NCBI GenBank assembly: GCA_030059665.1 | Contig: JANVYR010000001.1 | Coordinates: forward strand, 39,203 to 103,202 | Reading direction: 5' to 3' | DNA length: 64,000 nucleotides | DNA from: Candidatus Calditenuis fumarioli | GTDB lineage: Archaea > Thermoproteota > Nitrososphaeria_A > Caldarchaeales > Calditenuaceae | Part shown: positions 53,990 to 62,761 of the stretch, piece by piece | Numbering within the stretch: the stretch's first letter is position 1 | Layout of the letters: every line of letters starts with the position of its first letter | Translations under genes and position numbers: made by a program | Notes under the pieces: generated by a model | Told to the model about the DNA's origin: nothing | Databases searched by the model: none | The model's input: only the letters and a program-made list of their open reading frames with translations

Positions 53990-54460
53990 TCAGATCTTCC
54001 GGACAGGCGTCCGCGCGCCGCAGGCCTCGCAGACGAGGAACCTGAACCTCTTCTCCGCGACGATCTGGGTGTCTATCCCTCCGCAGACCGGGCACTTCAC
54101 GAACTCCTTGTAGTAGAGCTGGAGCAGCTTCCCCAGCTCCTGCTCACCTATTTTTCCGTTGATGACGAGCCTCTCTCCCTCGAGCGTTCCGGGCTTACCC
54201 GTCTCCTTGAAGATGAACCTGGCGAGGTGCTCAGGGTCACGTCCCAAGGCGTCAGCCAGCTGCTTGAAGTTGGTTATCACGGTCCTCCGGTGGTCCTGGA
54301 GCAACGTCGGCCTCAGCGCGATCTCCCTCTCACCACCTCCTGCAGCTCTGCCCTTCAGCTGCGAGTAGAGCCGGTCCAGCAGGGCCACGTACGCTTCCCG
54401 TCCCGAGAGCTCGGTCAACGGCGACGAGTTGTTGGCAGCCGTATTTGGCTTTGAGCGCAC
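53990..54460 (-). CDS. Translation initiation factor 2 subunit beta (aIF-2 beta)
   Basis: 156 aa. The C-terminal zinc ribbon is CPVCGGIDTQIV...CEACGA. Confidence 0.8.
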   Translation of the reverse strand: MRSKPNTAANNSSPLTELSGREAYVALLDRLYSQLKGRAAGGGEREIALRPTLLQDHRRTVITNFKQLADALGRDPEHLARFIFKETGKPGTLEGERLVINGKIGEQELGKLLQLYYKEFVKCPVCGGIDTQIVAEKRFRFLVCEACGARTPVRKI

Positions 54461-54607
54461 GACGTCCTTTCGCCCTTTGGGAGCCCAGGGATCGCGGACA
54501 AACCAATTAGCTGGACGGATCGGTCCGGTCCATGGGCGCCCTCTCGTCAGAGGAATCGCATGCGAACCGGTTAAGGGTCCGTCGTCCCGTCCAGGTGCGG
54601 CGCTGAG

Positions 54608-55741
54608 GTGGTCGCGGTGAGGGTCGCCGTTGTTGGCGGCGGGCCTGCGGGTCTCGTGGCGGCGAGGGAGCTGGCGTCTTCAGGTTTCGAGGTGACCGTC
54701 TTCGAGGAGGACGAGGTCATCGGCAGGCCCGAGCACTGCGCAGGCCTCTACAGCGTCTCTGGTCTCCGCCGGATCGCGGGACTTGAGAGGAGGTTCCTTC
54801 TGAATGCGATCAGAGGGGCAGTCTTCACGTCCGTCAGGGGGAGTACGTTCGAGCTCAGGTTCCCCCATCCCGTGGCCGTGGTCGCCGACAGGGAGGAGCT
54901 CGACAGGCACCTCGCCGAGCAGGCCCTTTCAGCGGGGGCCGAGATCCGCCTCGGCACCGGGGTCGTGGGCGTCAGGAGGGGCATGAGGCACTCCGTGGTG
55001 ACGAAGGAAGGGTCGTCGGAGTTCGATGCGGTGATCGTGGCAGAGGGGATGTCGCGCAGGCTCACCCGGTCCCTCTTCGGAGACCCCTTCGGAAGGCCAC
55101 CGCTCCCGATAGCGCAGTTCCTGATCAGCCGCCACGGCCTCGAGCGCGACAAGGTCTACGTCTGGTTCGAGCGGTACCTCGACGAGTACTTCTCGTACGC
55201 CGTCCCGATCGACGAGGAGCTGGCGCGCGTCGGTCTGGCCTGCAGGAGGAACGTGATGGAGCTCGCCCGGAGGTTCCTGAAGGAGAGGTTTCCGGAGGCC
55301 AGGGTCCTGGGCCACTACGTCCACTCGATATGGCTCGACGGCCCGGCCAGCGTGGGGCTCGACGGAAGCGTCGTCCTCGTGGGAGACTGTGCGGGCCAGA
55401 ACAAGCCTCTCACAGGTGGGGGCGTCGTGGTGGGAGGCCTCTGCGCTCTGGCAGCGGCGCGCCACGTAGCGGTGCTCCTGAACGAGGGAAGGGACGGCAC
55501 CTACCGGAGGCTCGTCAGGGGGATCTACAGGGACCTGAACTGGACCAAGAGGCTCAGGGACTGGGCCTCCAGGAGGATCGACCCGTCAGACGTCGTGGAG
55601 CTCGCTGCCGAGGCCGGTCTCGATGACGTGCTGAGGAGGGTCGGAGACATGGACATGCACTTCCGGACGCTGCTCATGTCCCTCCCTAACCCACGGGGCC
55701 TGATGTTCCTCGCGGGCCTCATCCGGTCGCTGCTGGTCTAA
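54608..55741 (+). CDS. Geranylgeranyl reductase family FAD-dependent oxidoreductase
   Basis: 377 aa. An N-terminal VAVVGGGPAGLVAARELA FAD-binding motif and a GDCAG (VGDCAGQ) motif. GTG start. Confidence 0.75.
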   Translation: MVAVRVAVVGGGPAGLVAARELASSGFEVTVFEEDEVIGRPEHCAGLYSVSGLRRIAGLERRFLLNAIRGAVFTSVRGSTFELRFPHPVAVVADREELDRHLAEQALSAGAEIRLGTGVVGVRRGMRHSVVTKEGSSEFDAVIVAEGMSRRLTRSLFGDPFGRPPLPIAQFLISRHGLERDKVYVWFERYLDEYFSYAVPIDEELARVGLACRRNVMELARRFLKERFPEARVLGHYVHSIWLDGPASVGLDGSVVLVGDCAGQNKPLTGGGVVVGGLCALAAARHVAVLLNEGRDGTYRRLVRGIYRDLNWTKRLRDWASRRIDPSDVVELAAEAGLDDVLRRVGDMDMHFRTLLMSLPNPRGLMFLAGLIRSLLV

Positions 55742-56874
55742 CCCCTGGCCTCTATCGGCACGTACCTCTGTCCCGGCTCGGGTCCGGTGTACAGGTGGAG
55801 GGGCCTGATGAGCCTGTTGTCCTTCCAGTACTCGAGGACGTGCGCCACCCACCCGACGACCCTGCTGACCGCGAAGACCGCTGTGAAGTACCCGGGAGGT
55901 ATGCCTATCGCGGTGTAGACGATCGGCGTCCAGAAGTCCACGTTGGGGAATAGGCCCCTCGAGGAAAGCTTCTCGATGGCAGCCTGCTCGAGCCTGACCG
56001 CGATCTCGTACAGGGTCTTCACGCGCCCACCCGCCAGCTCCGCGGCCCTAGCGGCCATCGCCTTCACGTACTTCGCCCTCGGGTCGTAGATCTTGTAGAC
56101 CCTGTGGCCGAAGCCCATCACCCTCCTCTTCTCAGCGAGCGTCCTCTCCAGCCAGCTCTCAACCCTGTCCGGATCGCCGATCTCCACGAACTGGTAGTAT
56201 GCAGCCTCGGCAGCGCCGCCGTGGAGGGGGCCCTTCAGCGTCATCAGACCGGTGACGATCGAGGAGTAGACGTCGCTCAGCGTGGAGGCCGTAACGACCG
56301 CACCGAAGGTCGAGGCGGGGACGCCGTGCTCCGCGTGGAGGATCAGGATGTCGTCGAGGAACTCCACCTGGTACTGCTCCGGTCTCTTGGAGGTGACGAG
56401 GTAGATCAGGTTCCCTGCGATCCCCAGCTCGGGCTGCGACTCGATCGGCTCCTCCCCCCTCTGGACCCTGATCGTGTTCCCCAGGACAGAGCCGGCCTTG
56501 GCCACCGCTTTGATCGCGTGCTCCATCTGGTCCTTCGCCTGCGGCGGGTCCTTCGACGCGAAGAGGTAGAAGGCCGCCAGCGCGTCCATCGGGCCCGTTC
56601 GCTTCGCGGCGTACTGGACGTCCCTCTTCTCCTCCGGGGTGAGCTCCATCTCGGACCTGAGCTTCGTCAGGAACGCCTCGAACTCCGACCTGCGGGGAAG
56701 CCTGCCGTTCAGGAGGAGGTAGGAGACCTCCTCGTAGCTGCTCTTCTCCGCCAGCTCCTCCACGTCATATCCCACGTAGTACAACTTCCCGTGCTCGGTG
56801 TCGATCAGGCAGAGCGAGCTCTCGAGGACGTAAACGCCCTCGAGCCCCTTATGCACTCGTTGAGCTGCCTCCAT
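55738..56874 (-). CDS. Citrate synthase (or 2-methylcitrate synthase)
   Basis: 378 aa. The catalytic region GFGHRVYK, the His/Asp residues and the citrate synthase fold are present. Confidence 0.9.
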   Translation of the reverse strand: MEAAQRVHKGLEGVYVLESSLCLIDTEHGKLYYVGYDVEELAEKSSYEEVSYLLLNGRLPRRSEFEAFLTKLRSEMELTPEEKRDVQYAAKRTGPMDALAAFYLFASKDPPQAKDQMEHAIKAVAKAGSVLGNTIRVQRGEEPIESQPELGIAGNLIYLVTSKRPEQYQVEFLDDILILHAEHGVPASTFGAVVTASTLSDVYSSIVTGLMTLKGPLHGGAAEAAYYQFVEIGDPDRVESWLERTLAEKRRVMGFGHRVYKIYDPRAKYVKAMAARAAELAGGRVKTLYEIAVRLEQAAIEKLSSRGLFPNVDFWTPIVYTAIGIPPGYFTAVFAVSRVVGWVAHVLEYWKDNRLIRPLHLYTGPEPGQRYVPIEARG

Positions 56875-57003
56875 GCATATTGTAAAATGCGTCCCCCTCT
56901 TTTAAATTTAGTCCGACGGTTCGACGGGAGACCGAAAAGAAAGATTCGGCCTGCAGCGCTGACGGTCGGAGCGATCGAACCCTGCGGGGTTGGGGTTTCG
57001 AGC

Positions 57004-58368
57004 TCACAACGCGAAGTGGGAGGTGATCCGCGATAGGTCGTCGAGCTCCGGGAGCCTCCAGGCCAGCCCGTGCAGCTCCTCCGCCCTCTCACGGCCGAGG
57101 ACTGGCGATGCAAGCCTGAGGAACTTCTCCGAGAGCTGTCGGTCGGTCATCGGGTTCCTGAAGTGTCCGGACGGGTAGATCACCTCCTCTGTGACGGTCC
57201 TGCCGTCGGAGGTCCTCACGCTCACCCTGTTGGGCACCGCCTCGGGGTAGAGCTCGTCGTACCTCGGGTCGACCTCGACCCTCGTCCGGGACATGAGCTC
57301 GAGGAGCCTGGGATCGCTCAGCTTGTCGGGCGTGTACGAGTCCGTCCATATGTCGCCGTCGAGCAGCGTCCTGACGGTTATGTAAGGCAGGCTGTGGTCG
57401 GCGGTCTCCCTCGTCCTCGGCCTCCACTTCTCCGGGTCCTTCGCGATGATCTTGTGGGAGACGGTGAAGGTAGCGATCTCGATCGACTCGATCGCCGCGC
57501 TTCCGATCCTCTCCTTGATCCTGATGGCAGCCTCGACCGCAGACATGGAGTGGTACTCGACGGGCCACCTCTTGATGCTGGTCCTCAGGAGCCTGAAGGG
57601 TTCGCCGTCAACCCCTCCCAGCCTCGGCAGCTGGTGCATCCCGCCCGCAACGACCCTCCAGAATCCCATCTCGCCCTCGAAGATCGGTGAGGGACCGGTC
57701 ATGCCGTTGGACGCGAGGAGGGCCGCGAAGACCCCGTGTCTAGAGGCGTTCGCTGCCGCACAGCCCTTCCACATGCTGAGCTCCCCGGCCCTCGTCTGCC
57801 TCAGCGCAGCCGCGTTGACACCGGCGATGTTCACCGCCTGCTCCGCCCTCTCCGGATCGAGCCCCAGGAGCCTCGAGGCCCCCGCGGCCGCGCCGATCGC
57901 GATGTAAGCGACGTGATCGTACCCCCTGTCCCTCAGGGTGGCCGTGTCCGCGAGCGCCAGTGCAACCTCGTAAGCCACCGCGATGGAGGCGATCAGGTCA
58001 CGGCCGGTTGCGCCGAGGGCCTCGGCCAGCGCGAGGAGCCCGGGTATCATGTCGCTCGGGTGAAGGGCCTCCCTCGAGAGGTACGTGTCGTTGAAGTCGA
58101 GGTACCTCACGGCGACCCCGTTGACGAACGCGGCCCAGTCGGGGGAGGATTTCGCTTTCGAGCCGAAGAGGGATGAGGGCCCGCCCGAAGCGAACCTCTC
58201 CGCGGCCCTTCTCGCGGCCTCGAGCGGCTCGGAGCCGTGGGCGCCGTACATCACCCCGAGCGAGTCGACGAACCTCCGAACGACCTCCCGCACGACCTGT
58301 TCCGGCAGGTCCCGGAAGCTCAGAGACGACGAGTACTCGGCGATCAGGCGCGCAGCGGTCCTCACCAA
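57004..58368 (-). CDS. prpD: MmgE/PrpD family protein (2-methylcitrate dehydratase-like)
   Basis: 454 aa with full-length similarity to the PrpD family. Confidence 0.85.
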   Translation of the reverse strand: MVRTAARLIAEYSSSLSFRDLPEQVVREVVRRFVDSLGVMYGAHGSEPLEAARRAAERFASGGPSSLFGSKAKSSPDWAAFVNGVAVRYLDFNDTYLSREALHPSDMIPGLLALAEALGATGRDLIASIAVAYEVALALADTATLRDRGYDHVAYIAIGAAAGASRLLGLDPERAEQAVNIAGVNAAALRQTRAGELSMWKGCAAANASRHGVFAALLASNGMTGPSPIFEGEMGFWRVVAGGMHQLPRLGGVDGEPFRLLRTSIKRWPVEYHSMSAVEAAIRIKERIGSAAIESIEIATFTVSHKIIAKDPEKWRPRTRETADHSLPYITVRTLLDGDIWTDSYTPDKLSDPRLLELMSRTRVEVDPRYDELYPEAVPNRVSVRTSDGRTVTEEVIYPSGHFRNPMTDRQLSEKFLRLASPVLGRERAEELHGLAWRLPELDDLSRITSHFAL

Positions 58369-58407
58369 GTCGGACTCACCGCGTTCCTCGCAATTCCCAT
58401 CAACAGA

Positions 58408-59169
58408 TCAACCCTCCTCCCTCGTAGGCCTTGTGGCCGCGTGGGCACCAGCTGTGACGTCGATCCTCGAGATGGCCCTGAGGACTGCCCTGCCTACCCT
58501 CTCGACGTGGCCCTTGAGCTCCTCGGCGTGGTGCATAGGAACGTGCTCCACGAGGTTGTCGCTCACCAGAAGTGCCGCACCCGACTTGACGCCGCGCATC
58601 ATGCAGATCCCGAATACCGTGGCGCACTCCATCTCCACGGAGATGTACCCGCGGCCGACCCACTTCCTGACGAACTCGGGGTCCTCGGCGTAGAAGGCGT
58701 CGCTAGAGAAGACCGGCCCGATGAAGTGCCTTATGCCTTCCCGCTCGAGCTCCTCGACCGTCGCCCTCAGGACGTCGAAGGAGGGCACCGGGGTTATCCT
58801 GGCGTCAGGGATGTACTGGAGCAACGGGCCGCTGACGTACGCCGCTCCGGTGGGAACCACCACGTCGCCTATCCTCATCCCCGGGAGGAAGGCCCCTGTG
58901 GTGCCGAGCCTGAAGATCAGCCTCGATCCAAGCATGATCAGCTCCTCGACGATCCCCGCAGCTGACGAGCCGCCGACCCCGTGGGTCGCAACGGTGACTC
59001 GCACGCCGCCGAACCTGCCGGTGTAGGTCAGGAAGCCCCTGCTCTCGTTCACCAGCTTGGCGTCCTCCAGAAGCCCCGCCAGCTGCCTCGCCCTCGCGGG
59101 ATCCCCCACCACGATCGAGCGCTCGGCGATCTCCCCTGGTTTAGCCCTGATGAAGACCGGCTCCGGCAC
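58408..59169 (-). CDS. Purine/uridine nucleoside phosphorylase (PNP/UDP-1 family)
   Basis: 253 aa from an internal GTG (VPEPVFIRAKPGEIAERSIVVGDPARAR...). The family motif GYISVEMECATV is present. The upstream 96 codons of the track ORF have no homology and extend into the divergent promoter region. Confidence 0.65.
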   Translation of the reverse strand: MPEPVFIRAKPGEIAERSIVVGDPARARQLAGLLEDAKLVNESRGFLTYTGRFGGVRVTVATHGVGGSSAAGIVEELIMLGSRLIFRLGTTGAFLPGMRIGDVVVPTGAAYVSGPLLQYIPDARITPVPSFDVLRATVEELEREGIRHFIGPVFSSDAFYAEDPEFVRKWVGRGYISVEMECATVFGICMMRGVKSGAALLVSDNLVEHVPMHHAEELKGHVERVGRAVLRAISRIDVTAGAHAATRPTREEG

Positions 59170-59285
59170 GCGGCCCGTCCCCCGCTGGGCCTTTTGAGCT
59201 TTCCCCCCAGCCTGAACTGAACGGATCGGTCGAAGGTTCCGACCCCGCTGATTCTTACCGGCAGGGGAACGCGGCCACGGAATCA

Positions 59286-59296
59286 CTTTTATTAGG
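59286..59296 (+). promoter_or_regulatory. Putative TATA box for the ubiquitin-like / E2 / E1 operon
   Basis: cttttattagg is centred about 30 nt upstream of the ATG at 59321 (a leaderless configuration). Confidence 0.45.
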
Positions 59297-59320
59297 GGTA
59301 GTTGCGGACTCGTCCCAGCG

Positions 59321-59557
59321 ATGAAGGTCAGGATCGTGCCGGCGGTTGGTGGAGGGCCCCCTTTGGAGATAGACGTTCCTCCCTCAACGACCATCGGGGC
59401 GATCAAGCTCAGGGTCTGCGCGATGAAGAAGCTCAGGCCCGACGACACCCGTCTCACCTACAAGAACAGGGCCCTCAGCGACACTGAAACGCTCGAGTCG
59501 GCCGGGGTCTCCGACGGCGACAAGCTCGTCCTCGTGACAAGGACCGTCGGGGGCTGA
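59321..59557 (+). CDS. Ubiquitin homolog (beta-grasp, C-terminal Gly-Gly)
   Basis: 78 aa, MKVRIVPAVGG...LEIDVPPSTTIGAIKLRV...TRLTYKNRALSDTETLESAGVSDGDKLVLVTRTVGG. It aligns along its length to eukaryotic ubiquitin (LEVEPSDTIENVKAKI ... [36 protein letters not shown]) and ends in GG. Confidence 0.7.
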   Translation: MKVRIVPAVGGGPPLEIDVPPSTTIGAIKLRVCAMKKLRPDDTRLTYKNRALSDTETLESAGVSDGDKLVLVTRTVGG

Positions 59558-59594
59558 GCGGTTGCAGAGGGAGGTCCAGGAGCAGATCGGCTTC

Positions 59595-60065
59595 ATGCCG
59601 GAGCCCCTCTGGTTCAAGAGGATAGCGCTGGAGTACCAGCTGATCAGGAACTACGAGCCCACCTTCGACGCCGTCGACGGCGACCTCACCCATTACAGAG
59701 GCGTCATAGTGGGGACGGGCTACTACGAGGGCGGTTTCTTCCTGGTGGAGATCTTCCTGGACCGCACCTTCCCCTACACGCCCCCCAGGGTGGTCTGGCA
59801 CACCAGGATCTGGCACCCCAACTTCACCGATGAATCGCCAGCGAGGATCTGTGAGTCGATCCTGACGAAGGACTGGCACCCCAACACCAACGTGATAGCT
59901 GTGATCGAGGCGCTGAAGAACCTCCTCTCCAACCCCAACCCCGACGACCCGCTCAACGCATGGGCGGCCTACGAGATGAAGAACTCCTTCCACACCTTCA
60001 TCGCAAGGGTCCGGCAGTACATCGAGCTGTACGCGTCCCCGGAGAAGGTGCTGAGGCAAGGGTAA
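59595..60065 (+). CDS. Ubiquitin-conjugating enzyme E2 (UBC fold)
   Basis: 156 aa from the ATG (MPEPLWFKRIALEYQLI...), preceded by an AGGAG RBS-like element. The track ORF starts at a TTG 11 codons upstream. YEGGFFLVEIFLDRTFPYTPPRVVWHTRIWHPNF has the E2 HPN motif. The catalytic Cys is in ARICESIL, and there is a C-terminal helix. Confidence 0.75.
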   Translation: MPEPLWFKRIALEYQLIRNYEPTFDAVDGDLTHYRGVIVGTGYYEGGFFLVEIFLDRTFPYTPPRVVWHTRIWHPNFTDESPARICESILTKDWHPNTNVIAVIEALKNLLSNPNPDDPLNAWAAYEMKNSFHTFIARVRQYIELYASPEKVLRQG

Positions 60066-60069
60066 CGAC

Positions 60070-61254
60070 TTGAGCGCAGGGAGCGAGCTGAGCGAGCGCT
60101 ACGACCGCCAGATGCGGATCTCCGGATGGAACCAAGAGCTGGTCAGCGGAGCCTCCGTGCTGATCGCCGGCGTAGGAGCCCTCGGCTGCGAGGTCGCCAA
60201 GAACCTCGCCCTCTCCGGTGTCGGCAGGATAGTCTTGGTGGATCGGGACGTCGTGGAGCTCAGCAACCTGAACAGGCAGATGCTCTTCGACGAGTCCGAC
60301 ATAGGGAGGAAGAAGGCGGAGGCTGGCGCTGAGAAGCTGAGGGCCATGAACCCCCACATCAGGATCGAGGCCTACCCCTCAGACCTGAGGGACCTCCCCG
60401 CGGAGCTCTTCGCCTCGGTCGACGTGATCTGCTCGTGCCTCGACAGCTGGGGCATCAGGAGGTGGCTCAACTCCGTCGCGGTCCTGAACAACAAACCCCT
60501 CGTCGACGGCGGCATCGAGGGCATGGTCGGGAACGTGCAGGTCGTGATCCCGGGCAGAACCGCGTGCCTCGAGTGCCACGGGACCACCCTCATCCCGCAG
60601 GAGGAGAGGATGGCCGAGTGCACGCTCCGACGGAGGAGGCCGGAGGAGCTGATCGAGGACCTCAAAGCTCAGGGCCTCGAGATCTCCCGAGAGCAGGCGG
60701 AGGCCCTCTTCAGGCACAACCTGAAGACCGTCTTCGACCTGAAGTACACGCCACCCGAGTCGGTCCCAGACGGAGAGGTCAGGTCGCTCCTCGAGTCCAT
60801 CAGGGAGAAGCTCAAGCCGAGGATGCCGGCAGTCCAGAGCGTCTCGTCCGTGATCGCCGGGATCGTCTCGACCGAGGTGCTGAAGATAATCCACCGCGGA
60901 TCCATCGGTAGACCCATGAGGGGCCTGCTGGTCTACGACGCCTCCAACTCGAGGTTCACGAGGGTGCCTCTGAAGAGGATGGAGAACTGCATAGTCTGCG
61001 GCCAGGTGGACACCTCACCGCCCGAGGTCACCCTGGAGGACGGCGCCACCGTTTACAGGCTCAAGGAGGTGATAGCGGAGAGGTTCGGCTTCCCGGATGC
61101 GGAGGTGATCCACGGTACCCGCGTGCTCGGGGAAGACGCGCCGCTCTCCTCCGTCCTCGGGCCGTCCGGGGAAGGGCTCCTGTACGTTGTCACGACGAGG
61201 AGGTACGAGCCCCTTCCCATCGTCGTCAAGCTCAGGGCACCGGGAGACCGGTAG
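60070..61254 (+). CDS. E1-like ubiquitin-activating enzyme (ThiF/MoeB/HesA superfamily)
   Basis: 394 aa. RYDRQMRISGW...VLIAGVGALGCEVAKNLALSGVG is the nucleotide-binding Gly-rich motif. Zn-binding CLEC...CIVC pairs are present. The C-terminal domain is about 140 aa. TTG start, 4 nt after the E2 stop. Confidence 0.8.
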   Translation: MSAGSELSERYDRQMRISGWNQELVSGASVLIAGVGALGCEVAKNLALSGVGRIVLVDRDVVELSNLNRQMLFDESDIGRKKAEAGAEKLRAMNPHIRIEAYPSDLRDLPAELFASVDVICSCLDSWGIRRWLNSVAVLNNKPLVDGGIEGMVGNVQVVIPGRTACLECHGTTLIPQEERMAECTLRRRRPEELIEDLKAQGLEISREQAEALFRHNLKTVFDLKYTPPESVPDGEVRSLLESIREKLKPRMPAVQSVSSVIAGIVSTEVLKIIHRGSIGRPMRGLLVYDASNSRFTRVPLKRMENCIVCGQVDTSPPEVTLEDGATVYRLKEVIAERFGFPDAEVIHGTRVLGEDAPLSSVLGPSGEGLLYVVTTRRYEPLPIVVKLRAPGDR

Positions 61255-61305
61255 TGCTTCGGGAAAGGACAAAAGGACGCATGCCCTCTGTTCCCGGGTA
61301 GGAGG

Positions 61306-61869
61306 ATGGCGTCGGACGAGGAGGGAGCTGGCAGGTCCCAGGAGCTCGCGGAGCTGAAGTCCTGGCTTGAGAGGAGGATCTCGGAGCTCTCGGCAGAGCT
61401 GGAGAGGCTGCGCGCGGTCATGAGGTACGTCGACGAGCTCCTCGCCGAGTCGAGCTTCAGGAGGGCCGACTCCCTGGTCACGAGGAGAGCGACCGAGGAG
61501 ATGAGGGCGCCGCATCCGGAGGAGAGGCCGTCCCTGAGGACGATCAGGAGCAGATCCGGAACCGCACTGGCCACCCTCACCTACACGCAGGACGTCGCCA
61601 GGTTCGTGCTGAACCCTGACATCGTGGTTACGAAGGACCACAGGCCCTTCGCATCGTTCCTGCTGAAGAAGGTCCTCGAGGGCTACGTCAACCAGGACAT
61701 GGAGCTGGTGAGCAGGGGCCTGCTCGACGCGAACCTCGCTTTCAGCTACGAGGTGGTCTACGAGGGCGAGAGGGTCAAGGAGATCGAGGTGAGGAATTAC
61801 CGGGAGGAGGCGAGGTTGAGGGAGATCATCAACGCCGTCCGTTGGACGCTCGAGACCGCGCTTGCCTGA
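61306..61869 (+). CDS. Hypothetical coiled-coil protein downstream of the E1 (no Cys/His metal motif)
   Basis: 187 aa. An N-terminal coiled-coil (ELAELKSWLERRISELSAELERLRAV), preceded by a GGAGG RBS. No recognisable domain. Confidence 0.4.
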   Translation: MASDEEGAGRSQELAELKSWLERRISELSAELERLRAVMRYVDELLAESSFRRADSLVTRRATEEMRAPHPEERPSLRTIRSRSGTALATLTYTQDVARFVLNPDIVVTKDHRPFASFLLKKVLEGYVNQDMELVSRGLLDANLAFSYEVVYEGERVKEIEVRNYREEARLREIINAVRWTLETALA

Positions 61870-61884
61870 TCGCTCCTCCTCCGA

Positions 61885-62760
61885 TCAAGCCTGCGACTGG
61901 CTCCCAACAGAGACGTCCTCGGCCGGTCTCCAGACGTCCCTCAGGCGGTCCATCAGCGTCCTCCTGAGCCTGACCGTAACGTTCCTCGAGACCTCGATCA
62001 TCTCGTCGAGGAGGGACTCCGGTATCAGGCCCGGCGAGTCCTTCTGGATGGCCGCCAGCTCGTCGTCCGTTCCCCACCCTATCACGATCGAGGCGTCCAG
62101 CGCCGGCTCCTCAAGCGCCGTCGGGTCCACGATCACCTTGTCCCTGAGGATCCCGATCATCGCCGCGGTCGGGAGCTTCACCAGCGGAAGCGGCACCCTC
62201 TCGCCAGCGACCTTCGTGACCACCCCGTTCTGGACCTCGTACCTCTGGACCCTTGCCGATGCGAGGGCAGCGGTGGCCGCCAGAACCGCAGGCGCGAAGT
62301 AGTCGCCGTCGAAGTCGAGGACGTAGACGTCGACGTAGACGACTCCCACCTTCTGACCCGGGACGTAGACCAGCTGGTCCAGCCGGAGTGCCTGCGACTC
62401 CCTGATGCACCTGTCGACGAACCTGGAGAGTTCTATCGCGTTCTCGTCCGGAGGCCCCGGCTCGAAGGTCCTCGACGCGAGGGGTAGGAGCTCCGCGTTG
62501 ACCGTCAGGTTCCCCTTGTCAGGCGTGTCGGGGTAAGGCGACCCCAGATCGTACTTCACGCCAGCGACGACCCTCGTCTTCCCGAGCGTGACCATCGCCG
62601 AGCCCTCCGCCTTCTCGACCACGTTCAGCTCCACCGAGACGGGCCTGTGCTGGAGGAGGCCCCTGCCGTCGATCCGTCTGCCCTGGAGCAGCAGCTCGTA
62701 CAGCTTCCTCTGCAGTATCTGCGTCGGGTAGGGCTTCTCGCCGAGCCGGAAGACGCTCAA
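61885..62760 (-). CDS. rrp42: Exosome complex component Rrp42
   Basis: 291 aa. An RNase PH-like fold lacking phosphorolytic residues, positioned after rrp41. Confidence 0.85.
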   Translation of the reverse strand: MSVFRLGEKPYPTQILQRKLYELLLQGRRIDGRGLLQHRPVSVELNVVEKAEGSAMVTLGKTRVVAGVKYDLGSPYPDTPDKGNLTVNAELLPLASRTFEPGPPDENAIELSRFVDRCIRESQALRLDQLVYVPGQKVGVVYVDVYVLDFDGDYFAPAVLAATAALASARVQRYEVQNGVVTKVAGERVPLPLVKLPTAAMIGILRDKVIVDPTALEEPALDASIVIGWGTDDELAAIQKDSPGLIPESLLDEMIEVSRNVTVRLRRTLMDRLRDVWRPAEDVSVGSQSQA

Positions 62761-62761
62761 C

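Noticed and set aside
56104-57036. 310-aa plus-strand ORF
   Set aside because: Antisense to citrate synthase.
59170-59457. N-terminal 96 codons of track ORF 58408..59457
   Set aside because: This part has no similarity to nucleoside phosphorylases and covers the divergent promoter of the ubiquitin-like operon. Homology begins at an internal GTG (VPEPVFIRAK...).
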